From NCBI GenBank assembly GCA_036172245.1, contig JAYWIR010000034.1, positions 806,001 to 870,000 of the forward strand: a stretch of 64,000 nucleotides of DNA, written 5' to 3'. The DNA is from Raillietiella orientalis (lineage: Eukaryota). Below the pieces are notes generated by a model, which worked only from the letters and a program-made list of their open reading frames with translations, was not told where the DNA came from and did not search any database. The position numbers were made by a program, and so were the translations under genes. Below are positions 24,901 to 35,020 of the stretch, one piece after another (position 1 is the stretch's first letter; every line of letters starts with the position of its first letter).

Positions 24901-25098
24901 ATGGCCCATCAGTTCTGTTCTCTCTCGAAGTGGTGTCTATCGCCTTCCTTCTACCTCCAGAACAGTCCCTCAGAGAGGGAATGTGGAAGAGTGAAGGTCG
25001 AAAAGACTCACGTCTTATCCAAGGGAGTGTCTCCCATTTTCCCTTCCCCATTTTCCCAAGTCAGACTCTCCCCGTGTGAGAAAAACTATTTAATGCCT

Positions 25099-25278
25099 TT
25101 AGTCGAAGGTTTCCCAGAACTTCAGGGACTTGAAGTACTCTGGAAGGTGCTCGTCTAGGCGGGCAATGACCTTGTAGATGGACTTCTTCCAGGATTGTTC
25201 CCGGTCCTGATTCAAGAGGATGGACTTGACGAACTCGTGAGTCGTTCTCTCCACCACGCTCCGAAAACCCTCCGGAGC
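25099..25278 (-). CDS. pros: prospero last coding exon (Prospero domain C-terminus)
   Basis: CAG acceptor at 25281-25279; [59 protein letters not shown]. Confidence 0.95.
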   Translation of the reverse strand, partial: APEGFRSVVERTTHEFVKSILLNQDREQSWKKSIYKVIARLDEHLPEYFKSLKFWETFD

Positions 25279-28200
25279 CTGTCCCGAGGAGAAATTGGGA
25301 GAGGAGAAGGAATTAGGTCTGGATTCTCCAGGAGAAGCGAAATCTCTACCTGTATCTGATTGTTCCTGTTGTAGTGCAAGTTCAGGACACGGTACAGTTC
25401 GCATCCCTCGCCTATGGAAACATCCTCGCTCTTCCTGAGCCCGTCGTTGATCATCTGGCGCGCGTACTTCTCGATCTGAATGTAGTAGAACTCCCTGAAG
25501 AAAAAAAAGACCGTCCATCGCGGAGGAAGAAAAAAGTAGGGGAAGGGATATCAAGGAAGGGAAAGTCTCCCACGAGGCACCAGAAGAAGACCTCAAGCCT
25601 CGAGACAGCAGCAGTAGCGACTTCTCGAGAGGATTCCAGTGATAATCCCTCTCCTGTTAACGTGCTCAGCACCACTCGAGATAGAAGGCCTGGATCGGGA
25701 AGCACCGTTCCTAGATTTCGATTGCAGATCTCGTTCTGTGGCGGGAGATGAGCCTTTTTGCTCCTCCCCCCCTTTTTATCCTTCCCTGCCAACTCTTTCC
25801 TTCGACTTGGAGGAATACCGGACATCTGGAGCTTCCGGAAAGCTCTAATGAAGACTGAAGAAGGAGACTTTTCATCCTAGCGACGAGGACACGCGTGTCT
25901 TTCGGTTTCGCACTCCTACAGGCGACTGTTTCATTTCTCCCGAGATCGACCGCTTCCCTGATCCTTCCTCTCTCCTTCTCCGTCTCCAGAACGCGCTGGA
26001 CGGTCATTCCTCCTGTACCTATCAAGGCGTTCCCGTCTCGCATTCTCTCTTCCCGAGCTCTCGAAAGGCGCGCGGCGGCTGGGAAACCGCCCGCGTTACC
26101 ATGGCTACAGCCGATGCCTCGATTCGAAAGAAGAGGCACCATCACCACGGTTTGTTTCCGGAATATCTCTTGAAGAGCCACAGACTGTGTAGGAAAGGGA
26201 GGGGCGGGCTTTTTTACTTCCTCTGTCGGGTCCAAGGGACTTTTGGTATTCGCGTGCTTTCCAGGACGAGTCCGGACGGGAAACAACGAGAAACCTCCAA
26301 AGCTTCTCAGAATGCATGCCTAGAGCAGCACCCAATGTGTGTGCGTGGGGAACAGAATGTGGATTCCGGTTCTTAGGGTCAACAGGAAGTCACAGCTGAG
26401 TGGGACAGGAAGGGGAAGGAACCGATGATGGAGGGGAGCGGATCAAGGTACATCTCTTCTGAAGGAATATGCCGAACTATCAGCGGGTACGCGGGGCGTC
26501 TCCGAGGCTCAGTGTGGCTTTGAGAGAGCCGTTGTGTTGCGAGTCATCGCCTTTCCCCATGGAAACCGGCGTTAAATGCCGTCTGCAGTCTCTCTTCCGC
26601 ATCCGTATTTCCTTTGCTCTCTAGACGAGAGAAAAGGGCGCAAGGGACGCGTGTCGAGAGGAGAGGATACTCTTCTTCGAAGGAACCGCCAAAGGCAAAA
26701 GAGAAAGCCGGGAAATTCTCAGAGTAGAGCATCCTTCAGCTTTCCGGAGTGTTAGGATCTGTTGTTCTGCCGAGTCAGAGATCTGGAATCTCCTGCAGAG
26801 TGGTCATCGGCTTGCATTGAAGGTCTCTGCAGATACGTGATCTTTCATCTGAACGGACCTCTCTGTGTGCCGGGCTCTACCTGAGTGGGAGCCGACTTTT
26901 ATCCTCGTCTTCCCTCTTGGATCGCGCATGCGCTAGAGTGGCTAGCAGGAAACGAAGGAGGTGAGCAAGTGAGGAGAGAGCAGTATTCTTGAAACGCCTG
27001 CCTTTTACAGCCGACGACTCCCTGACCACCCAATCACTTGGGAAGTCTTCCCTCTTCTTCCTCCTCCTTTCCTGTTAGTTTCTATAAACTAGGAGACCTT
27101 ACAGTCGATTGCCTCCCTGTCACTCCCTAAGGATCCAGCAGCAGAAAGCAGTACGAAGATCTGAGTTCCTTGTTGTCATAATAGAGGACAACAAGGAACA
27201 AGGAAGTTCCTTGTTCTCTTTCTTGACGCCTTCCCCCTTGCTCCAACTCCTCCTTCTTCTCTCCCTCGTTGCTTCCTGAGTTCTGACGCGCGCGTGGGAG
27301 CGAGTGCTGCTTTCCTATTCCAGGGAAAATCTCCATCCTGCTTCATAGCAAAATTGCCCTGTAGGCAAAGGCTCTAGCCTTCGAGAGGTGGGTGTCCCCA
27401 CTTTTTTTAAGATCGGGCGGTCAGGTTGAGGAAATATAAGAATTTCATGCGATAAGAGGGATGAAAGCCGGCCGTTTCTCTCGGAGAGAGTCCTTGTGCC
27501 CATGATACAGACCCGATGAGGGATTCTCGGCGGTCATCTCCCAGACATGCACTTGAGTTCGTCCCTTTTTTTCTTTCCTTTTCTTCTACAGGACTTTGGA
27601 GCACTCTCCTTACCCAGACCCTCTCTTTCCTTTTCCTGTTCCACAAAGAGTGAGAAAGGGAACTAGCACGCAGGAGGCACGAAGAAGGCGTGTGTAAATG
27701 TCGGCCATTTCCTGCTTGTGGCATTGCCATAGAAGCCGCATGGCGATCGCACGGAAATGATCATCCTAAAGCACATTTTGGGGGATCCGGGAAAAATGAG
27801 GATTCGAGGGAACACTCACGAGACTTTTTCTTTGCTTTCTCCCTCGCATGACTCCACATGACAGCGCCCATAGCAACACCTACCGCACGAGGTCCAGATT
27901 GGACTGCGAAGTCCTCCTGCTCCTCGACTCGGTCATTCGGAAAGGTCTTGATCTTTCCCTCTCCAAACTCTTTCCCCCCCCTCCCTCTTTGATGACGTCC
28001 TGGTGCTGCAAACGGAACGGCTTGAAGCTCGGGGAATGGCAAAACCTTACAGGGAGGGAAGGGAACACCAGGGAGAAAACACATTCGACAGCTGGGCGTG
28101 GAGCCTGCAGTCCAGTGCCTCAAGTGGATGCGGCACTCTCTGGTTGCAGCAAACGCCCTCAACCTCCACTCTTGGAATGCGGGCAACCTGGAGCTCTCTG

Positions 28201-31200
28201 GGAAGGGTAACGACATAGCTCCGGCGACGCGGCGATACTGTTCTGACAGTCCCCCGCTTCGGTGGGGAGCAAGGGAACCTCCCCTTCAAAACCCAAGACA
28301 CTGAAGTGCCTGGAGGATTTTTCCCTCAGAAATCTGTGATTCGCAGAGATCAAGGCTGAAATCCCGGTCGCCTTGGTGGTCTTCCGCGGTGTCGGGAGCC
28401 AAAAACTGCCTTTGGCAGCTCAACCCACGTGCCCCTTTCCTCCTCGCACAGGAAGCTTTCCTTTGCTCGCTCTTGGAGGTTCCCTGAAGAGGTCGATCCA
28501 CAAAAGTTGTCTCTTTACGTTGGCGGTCCCTCACTAGGGGTCATCTGCTCCAGGAATCAACTCGAGACAAGTTTACTTGGCGCCAGCAGCGCTCACCAAG
28601 GATCGCTCCGGCACTTGGGCCATTTCCTCGCTTCTCTACCAAACGGAATTCTGAAACAAGGATCCGTGTTGCTTGCTGGTACTCAGGGAACATCCGGAGG
28701 AGACAGGAGAAGGGGTCTTCCTGCAGCACCAGCCAGCAACCTCAGAACAGCAGTACCAGACAAGGAGAGCATCCTGCCAAAGGATGCAGACTGATGGGAG
28801 AGGCTAAAGAACCCTCGAGGTCTGCGTTCTACGAAGCAGCAGCCCCCCATGCGCTCTTTTCTTCCTGCTCCCTCAAGTGTAAATGAGTGCTCGTTTCCTC
28901 AAGAGAGATGAACCAAATGCCACTGGAGTCTACTCAGGACTCTTGCAGAGGGAAGAGTTCCTGTGATGAGTTTCCTTAGACTTCCGGTATTCCCGAAAGG
29001 GAGATTCCCGTCATTTCTAAGGAACTCTCCCTCATTCTTATAGCAAGATCCTTCCGGTGGTCGCTGAAATCCTCTTCCTTCCCTGTCATAAGGAGTCACA
29101 AGCACGGGTTCCGGGTCAACAAAGACGTCGTCAGAAGGCGGCAGCTGTGCAGAAGGAAGCCGTAGTCCTAGTGATCCCCTGCTCCCTGTCTATGGCTCCC
29201 AAAATCCCTTGTTGAAAGAAAAAGACGTGGAACTCCCAGAAGGGGGGAGAAGAAAAGAGAGAAAGAATTTTGGGAACCATGAGAGGAAGATATCGCGGAG
29301 ACACCAATCCAAAGGGAGCTCCCAGGAACCCGGAATAGGTTCGATCCAGAGCGACGAAAGATGCGAGAAGCTTCCAAGCAGCACGCACGTCCCTCGAGAA
29401 GAGGAGAAACTGTTGCTATTGGATGTTGTTCTCGCTCTCCGGGAACGGCAGTAAGGACCTCTTCCCTGGGGAGAAGAGGTGGAAGGGGTGCTCAGTGACG
29501 GGAAGGTAAGCTCTACCATCGCCGGCCCTGGAGTGGTCTCTGATTGACTCACGGAGTGGAGAACGATCCCCACTTCGGAAACAGGCGAGTGTTCGGTGGT
29601 CCCAAAAGACTCCTCCGTTCTCGTGCAAGGTCCTTTCGAAGGAGAATCCAGAAATCGGGATGAGGGGGAGAAGGATCTGTTCCATCCTGCCATGACCGAA
29701 GCATCTGCAGTCCCGTAAAAGAAGGGAGAGGCAGCGGAAAGCAGGAGAGAGAATCCTCCAGAGGGTGCATTGAGGATATCCTGATATGGGTTCGGGCACT
29801 TCGCAACCTGGTTCAGGATTCGCCAGCCTGGGGTGAGGCGCGCAGCTCAGGAAAGAGTGTGGGTCTCACGAAAGGAGGACTAAAGACCTCCTTTCGGTCC
29901 CCAATAGCCGGAAATCTACCTGACATCTGACCTTCTCTTGCAGAGGAAGGGTCGATCGACCGCTGGCGTTCTGGAGGACACTCCCCTTCCCCCATCTTGG
30001 GAGCCACTGCAGTCCCCCCATACTCAAGGAGAAGCAGCAGTAGAGAGGAATCCTTCAGCAGACCGACCATTCCTCCGCTCTCCCCACCCCATCCCCGAGG
30101 GCACGTGGATCCTGCCACCCCTCTCCCGTGAACCATCGAGGTTCTTTCTTGCCCTTTCCCTCCTTCGTAAGGCCGTTCAGCCCTCGCCCCCGTTTTTCTG
30201 TTTCCCGGAAGACTCTAAGGGACAACAAACTCTTTAGGGGTCCGTCGAGGTGCGTCTATCCCTGGAAGTGACACAGTCCTCCTGTCGTCTCCTCGGGCAC
30301 TCCTCAAAGGCGCATCCCGGGAACACCCGGTCCGATCTTCGGAACGCACAGACGCATGCACTTCGCGCCTGGGAGCCGCAATCCCGGAGTAGAGGACCTG
30401 AGGCAAGGCTTACTAGAATGGTCTTCCCGGTCATGGAACCGGGACTCTGTTCCCCGCCAGTCCTGTTTTACGAGGGAATGCACCAATCCTATAGGTTTTG
30501 TTTGAACGCTTCCTGATGAAAAGAACCTCTCCTACGCTTCCCGGGAGGATCCTTCCTTCCTATCCCGGCAGGTTAGGAAGGATCCTCCCAAACATACAGG
30601 ATCGTTCGGAGAGTGGAAGGTGGGTGGGAGGTCATGAGCAATGGACCATTTCTTCCTCCCAACCCTTCGGTTCCCTCACTTGCGTATGGGACGCTCTTCG
30701 TGAGGAGGCCACGAGCCGTAGGGAGAAAAATCCTCGGGGAATCCTTCCCTCACCCTTTTTTCGTTTGGAGAATGAGAAGCTTCTACCACTTCCCCTTTCC
30801 CTTCTCCCGTTCTCAGCACATCCCCAAGCCGAGCCGGCTGAGGTAGGGTCTGATAGGACCAAGGAGAAGCGTGATCCCGGGACCCAACTCCGCTTCTCAC
30901 CCGCGTGTTTCCATGGAGATCGGCCTCTCTAGCTGGCGATAGCACCTTGGTGGTCCGAACTCTTCCGGCTTTTCTTTTCTGCGACATGGGACCATGCCGA
31001 CTCCAAGCACTCTTCTCCTGTTTCGCCTTTCGCGCCCTCCTCTCCCTCCAGTCTTCCCTAATCTCTGCTCCCACCTTCCTCCTCCTTCTCCATACGCTTT
31101 CGCCTCCCCTCTCGGGTGAGAGGAAGCACCCGGGAAGAAGAGCAGAGAGCCTCTGCCCGCTGCCTGGAGGTTCGAGCACCCAGAGAGGTTTCCGCCACAA

Positions 31201-34200
31201 GACTACGACGCAGCGAGGCCTTCAGATCCCAAAAGGAGAAATCTGCAGCAGCCTCTCTCGCCTGACCAACCCTGCCACAAGGCTTCCGGAAGCTTCGGTG
31301 TCCGGAGGGAAAGTGTGGGAAGCAGCGGGTGGCCCACAGGGAAACAGGCATTCTTGAGCCCTCTCTTCAGCGACGTTGGTGGCGAGGGAAAAAATGGACC
31401 GAGTGCGGAAAGGGGGTGATGGGGTGAAACAGGGGGATGGGGAGGATAAAGGCGATTCCTCTCACTTAAATGCTTCTCGGTGTAGGACACTGCAGCAGCG
31501 TTACTGCCCTTCCAGTCACTGTGGAGGTGGCGGCTCCTCGGCCAGAAGGGACCATTCGAGAACTCAATGCTCCCTCGGGCGTGTTCTCCGGGAACCTCCC
31601 TTTTTTCATGAGAGAGGCGCTAAACCTGAGCAGGGCCCCTCGAGCAGGGATAGAATCTCTAGAGGGGAGCCACAGTACCCGACCTCCTGAGCCAGCAGGT
31701 TTCATGCGGGTCTCCTCGCGTTTACTCAGAGGGTCCGAGGTCGGCAGCGGGCAGATGGCGAGGCAATCGCTCCATAGCTCTTTGGCGAGCCTCGGAGGAT
31801 GCCAGCAGGGGGCCGCAAGCGCCCCCAGCTGCACTCCGTGCACCCCTCGTCTTCCCCCTCTCCCTCCCGGGAGATCGGCCCCCGGCTGCAGCCAGTGTCT
31901 GCCCACCATATTTCCTGCGCCCGCGCCGTTACCGGGGTAACCAGCGGCGGAATCCTATCTAATCAAGGTTGCTTCCGGGACAAGGGATGGGGAGTGAGGT
32001 GCGCGCATTCCGGGAGACAACGCCCACCCCTTCCCTTTCCCCGGTTTGCCAAGAACCTCGAATTCGGGAGTGCCGTCCTCCCTCCGCCCCGGAATTCCCT
32101 GAAACTCCGCCGGAGGGACTGTTCGGACGGAAGTCGCTCTAATAGAGGGTTCCGGTATTCCTGAGCATCGCATGGGGCCACCGGCAGGAGAGGACGGTGA
32201 GTGATTCCCGCAACCGGTGCCTCCCTCCTCGGGTCATCCCGGAAGGGAGAAGAAAGGGGGGGAGAGAACCCGCCGCCTGGCATCCCTTCCAGGGATCATC
32301 GGAATCGACCTGGCGAAGGGATCTTCCACGTGCTTCACGACGCTCACGAGGACGGGATCGCTGATTGCTTCCCGGTCCCGCGAGTGGGGATCGAAGCATC
32401 CCGCCCCTGAGAGATCGTCTGGGAGCGTTCGGACGGGAAGACCGGCGCTCGCGAGTGCGGGCGGGAATCAGCATCACGCGCTCGGCAAACATAGGGAGAG
32501 GCGCACTAATCCCGGACGTAATCGACAGATCATGCCCGCGCGCCACGGGATGAGCAGGGAGAATAGGGCGCCCTCGGAAGGGACCGGTTCGCTCGCACCC
32601 CCCCCCCCCGGCCGCCTCGGAGGAGAGGAGGAGGAACAGACCCCACTTTCCAGAGTGCCCACCCCCATCCCCAGTTCCCGGAGGGAAACTCAGCTATCGA
32701 GCGGCGAGGAGCGGAGAGGTCGTCACCCTGGCCGCTCGCCTCCCTTCCTGGATCTCCAGGGAAGCGGAGAAGGCGACTCCTCCCACTCCCTTCTCCCAGG
32801 CGGAAGCGGGCGAAGGGTAAGGAGAGAGGGAGGGAGAAAGGGAGGAGCCGACTGCATCCCGAGGAGCGCGCGGGAGCCTCTTCGGGCAGGGAGCGGAGGG
32901 AGGAGCCGAGGAGCGGGAGCGCGCGGGAAGGAGCCCGCGGCGGGGAAACGGGGCGGAGCGACAGCTCCCCGCCGCCTCTCCCTCCCCGGAAGCGGCGGAG
33001 GCGGCAGTGGGGAGAAACTCACCGGAAGTTGGAGTACCACTTGACCAGCTGGGCGGTGTTGTTCTTGTTGAAGCGGACGTCCGGGAAGTAGGTCTTCAGC
33101 ACGGAGGAGCTGGGGTAGCGCGTCCAGAAGAACATCAGCTTGGCCTTGCGCAGGTGCAGGGGTGTCAGCGTGGCGAAGTGTCCCTGCGTTAAGGATCTCT
33201 CGGGAAGGCCATTGGCGCCGCCGCCGCCGACAAAAGGATATGGCGCGGTGGTGGAACGCCGCGCAGCCTGGACGCGCCGGGACGACGCCGCGGCAGAAGC
33301 CCAGGAAGCGGCCGTCCTTCCCCGAGAGCGAAGCGTCCGGGAACGACGACGCTCCCCCCTGCGAGGAGCCGCCGCTGCCCCCAAAGAAGGGAACGTGTCC
33401 GCAGGCGGACACCAGGAAGGGGCCGCGCGGCAGCTCCTCAGGGTCGGGAGGCAGGGGGAACTTGTCCTCGGCCCCTCCGGGGGCGCCCGGTCCGCCGGTT
33501 CCCGAGGGTCCCTCCGGTAGGGCTCCCGGATCCTCCAGAACCCTCTGGTTGACCCGGGTGTCCGTGACCTTGGTCCGCCGCCTCTTTGCGGCGGCCAGCA
33601 CGGATCCCTCCAGGGGGTCCAGGTGGAGGAGGCACCCGTGCGCGGCTTCCGGGCGGAACGGGGCGTGGTTCGTGAACAGTCCCGCCGCCGCCGCGGGCCC
33701 AGTGCCGCCACAGCCGTCCTGCGCTGCTGCTCTGGCGTGAGCGGGGAGGGTGCACGGCAGGGGCTCCGCTCCCCTGCCGAAGATGGCGCTTGCCTCCGGA
33801 CTGCCGGAAGGGGCGGCTCCTGTGGCCGCCTCTGGGGGACCCTCGTCGTGCCGTTGGTCCACGGAGAAGGGCCGATATAGACCGCCGCTGCGCAGCGAGG
33901 CGGAGGGGCCACCTGCCTTGGGCGCGGAGGGGCCGCTCCGCAACAGCCCGAGGACGTCTCTGGCGTAGGCGGAGAAGGAGTGCGCCAGGGCGTTGGCCAG
34001 CCGCTGGGTGAGCAGGTCCAGCTCCCGGACTGGGAGGGACTCGGCCCTCCCTGCCGCCTCCCGAACGCACTCCGCTAGCATCTCCTTCGATCTCCTTTCG
34101 TGCCGGCAGATGAGACCCCGCAGGGCGGCCTCCTCCTCCTCGTCCACGGAGGGGCTACTCCTCCTCCCGGGAGGCGGACGTGGAGGCGGCTCCGGCCCGG

Positions 34201-34876
34201 CGCGCGCGCCTCCGTCGCTTCTGCTGCCACCGCCGCAGCGGCCCAGGTCGCCACCACTCTCGATGGTCCGGGGGGCCTTCCTCCCCCCTGCCTCAGGCGG
34301 TGCGCCGCCTCCCTCTCCCTCGCTCGAGTCCCTTCCCGGTGGGCCTTCCTCTCCACGAAGGGACTCCTGCGAACCCTCCTCCGATCCGCGGTCCTCCGCC
34401 CGGAGGCACCCGTGGGGGGGGAAGCTCAGCAGCCTCTTTCTGCTTGCCCGGTCGGCCCTCGGCGCGCGGAAGGGGTCGCCACACAACCGCAGGAAGGCCT
34501 CGGCGGGCAGCCGGCCGCCGAGGAAGGGGGAGGATCCCGCCCGGGGGAACAGGTAGGAGGAGGAGGAGTCCAAGAGCTGCTGGAACTTCACCGGGGGCAG
34601 ACGGCAGACGTCCGCCAGCGCCAACGGGAAGTGGGCTGCTGCGGCTGCGGCTGCGGCTGCGGCCGCGGCGGAGAAGGGGAGCATGGCATAGGGACAGTCG
34701 GGGCTGGGGGTTGTCTTGCCCGCCAGGTGGTGGTCGGCGGAGCTCCTTGGGAAGGTCCCCAGGCACGGCGTCCGAGACTCCCCCGCATCCACGCGCTGGC
34801 GCATCCTGCGATGCTTCTCCTGCAGCCACTCCACTTCCAGGCCGGGAAGGGGCGTCCCTGACGCCGCGGGCTCCAT
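25099..34876 (-). CDS. pros: Prospero/Prox homeodomain transcription factor; join(34876-33242, 33177-33023, 25494-25350, 25278-25099), about 704 aa (752 aa if ATG at 35020 is used)
   Basis: Spliced product reads [11 protein letters not shown]...[64 protein letters not shown]...[27 protein letters not shown]...[25 protein letters not shown], i.e. the homeo-prospero domain. All three junctions keep frame. Confidence 0.96.
25350..25494 (-). CDS. pros: prospero coding exon 3
   Basis: TTTTTTTTCTTCAG acceptor; [18 protein letters not shown]...[14 protein letters not shown] donor at 25349 opens a 71-nt intron. Confidence 0.95.
27850..28800 (+). mobile_element. Degraded non-LTR ORF1/endonuclease remnant in prospero intron 2
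   Basis: Decayed knuckle '[10 protein letters not shown]' (~28100) and frameshifted 'VIC/LQES' (~28540). Confidence 0.3.
28900..29900 (-). mobile_element. Degraded non-LTR RT remnant in prospero intron 2
   Basis: '[12 protein letters not shown]' (cf. GVPQGSVLSPLL) followed at plausible spacing by 'SDDVFV' (cf. YADD) at ~29120-29135. Confidence 0.35.
30900..31700 (+). mobile_element. Degraded non-LTR RT remnant in prospero intron 2
   Basis: '[10 protein letters not shown]' (cf. QxGFRxxRST) at ~31180-31210. Confidence 0.3.
33023..33177 (-). CDS. pros: prospero coding exon 2 (homeodomain)
   Basis: [22 protein letters not shown]...LVKWYSNFR; ends in phase 2 at GTGAGT donor (33022), opening a 7528-nt intron. 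Confidence 0.95.
33178..33241 (-). other. U12-type (minor spliceosome) AT-AC intron, 64 nt
   Basis: 5' site ATATCCTTTT (33241-33232), branch site TCCTTAAC (33195-33188), 3' AC 10 nt later (33179-33178). Removal joins the long upstream ORF to the homeodomain frame. Confidence 0.93.
33242..34876 (-). CDS. pros: prospero large first coding exon (low-complexity N-terminus, poly-Ala, [11 protein letters not shown] motif)
   Basis: Part of the 765-aa ORF 32723-35020; contains the Prospero KxxRxKVTDTR motif and '[11 protein letters not shown]'. Start codon ambiguous (34876 vs 35020). Confidence 0.85.
34634..34669 (-). repeat. Coding (GCAGCC)n repeat giving a poly-alanine tract of about 12 residues
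   Basis: GCC GCG GCC GCA GCC GCA GCC GCA GCC GCA GCA GCC on the minus strand. Confidence 0.9.
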
Positions 34877-35020
34877 CGTGGGCGCTACTAGCGCTCTGCG
34901 GGCGGAGACACGGGCGACAGGTAAAAACAGCCGGGAGACACATACACACACCCCTTCCCCACGCCCACGCGCACGCCCACGCCTCCCTTCATCCGGGAAA
35001 GTTCCCTGCGTCCTCTCCAT

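Noticed and set aside
33184..33231. Nested U2 GT-AG intron (twintron) within the prospero U12 intron
   Set aside because: Donor GTCGGC is poor, and removing 48 nt leaves the homeodomain out of frame.
32723..35020. 765-aa single-exon ORF taken at face value
   Set aside because: The last ~170 codons are read-through of the U12 intron into the wrong frame; the homeodomain is in another frame.
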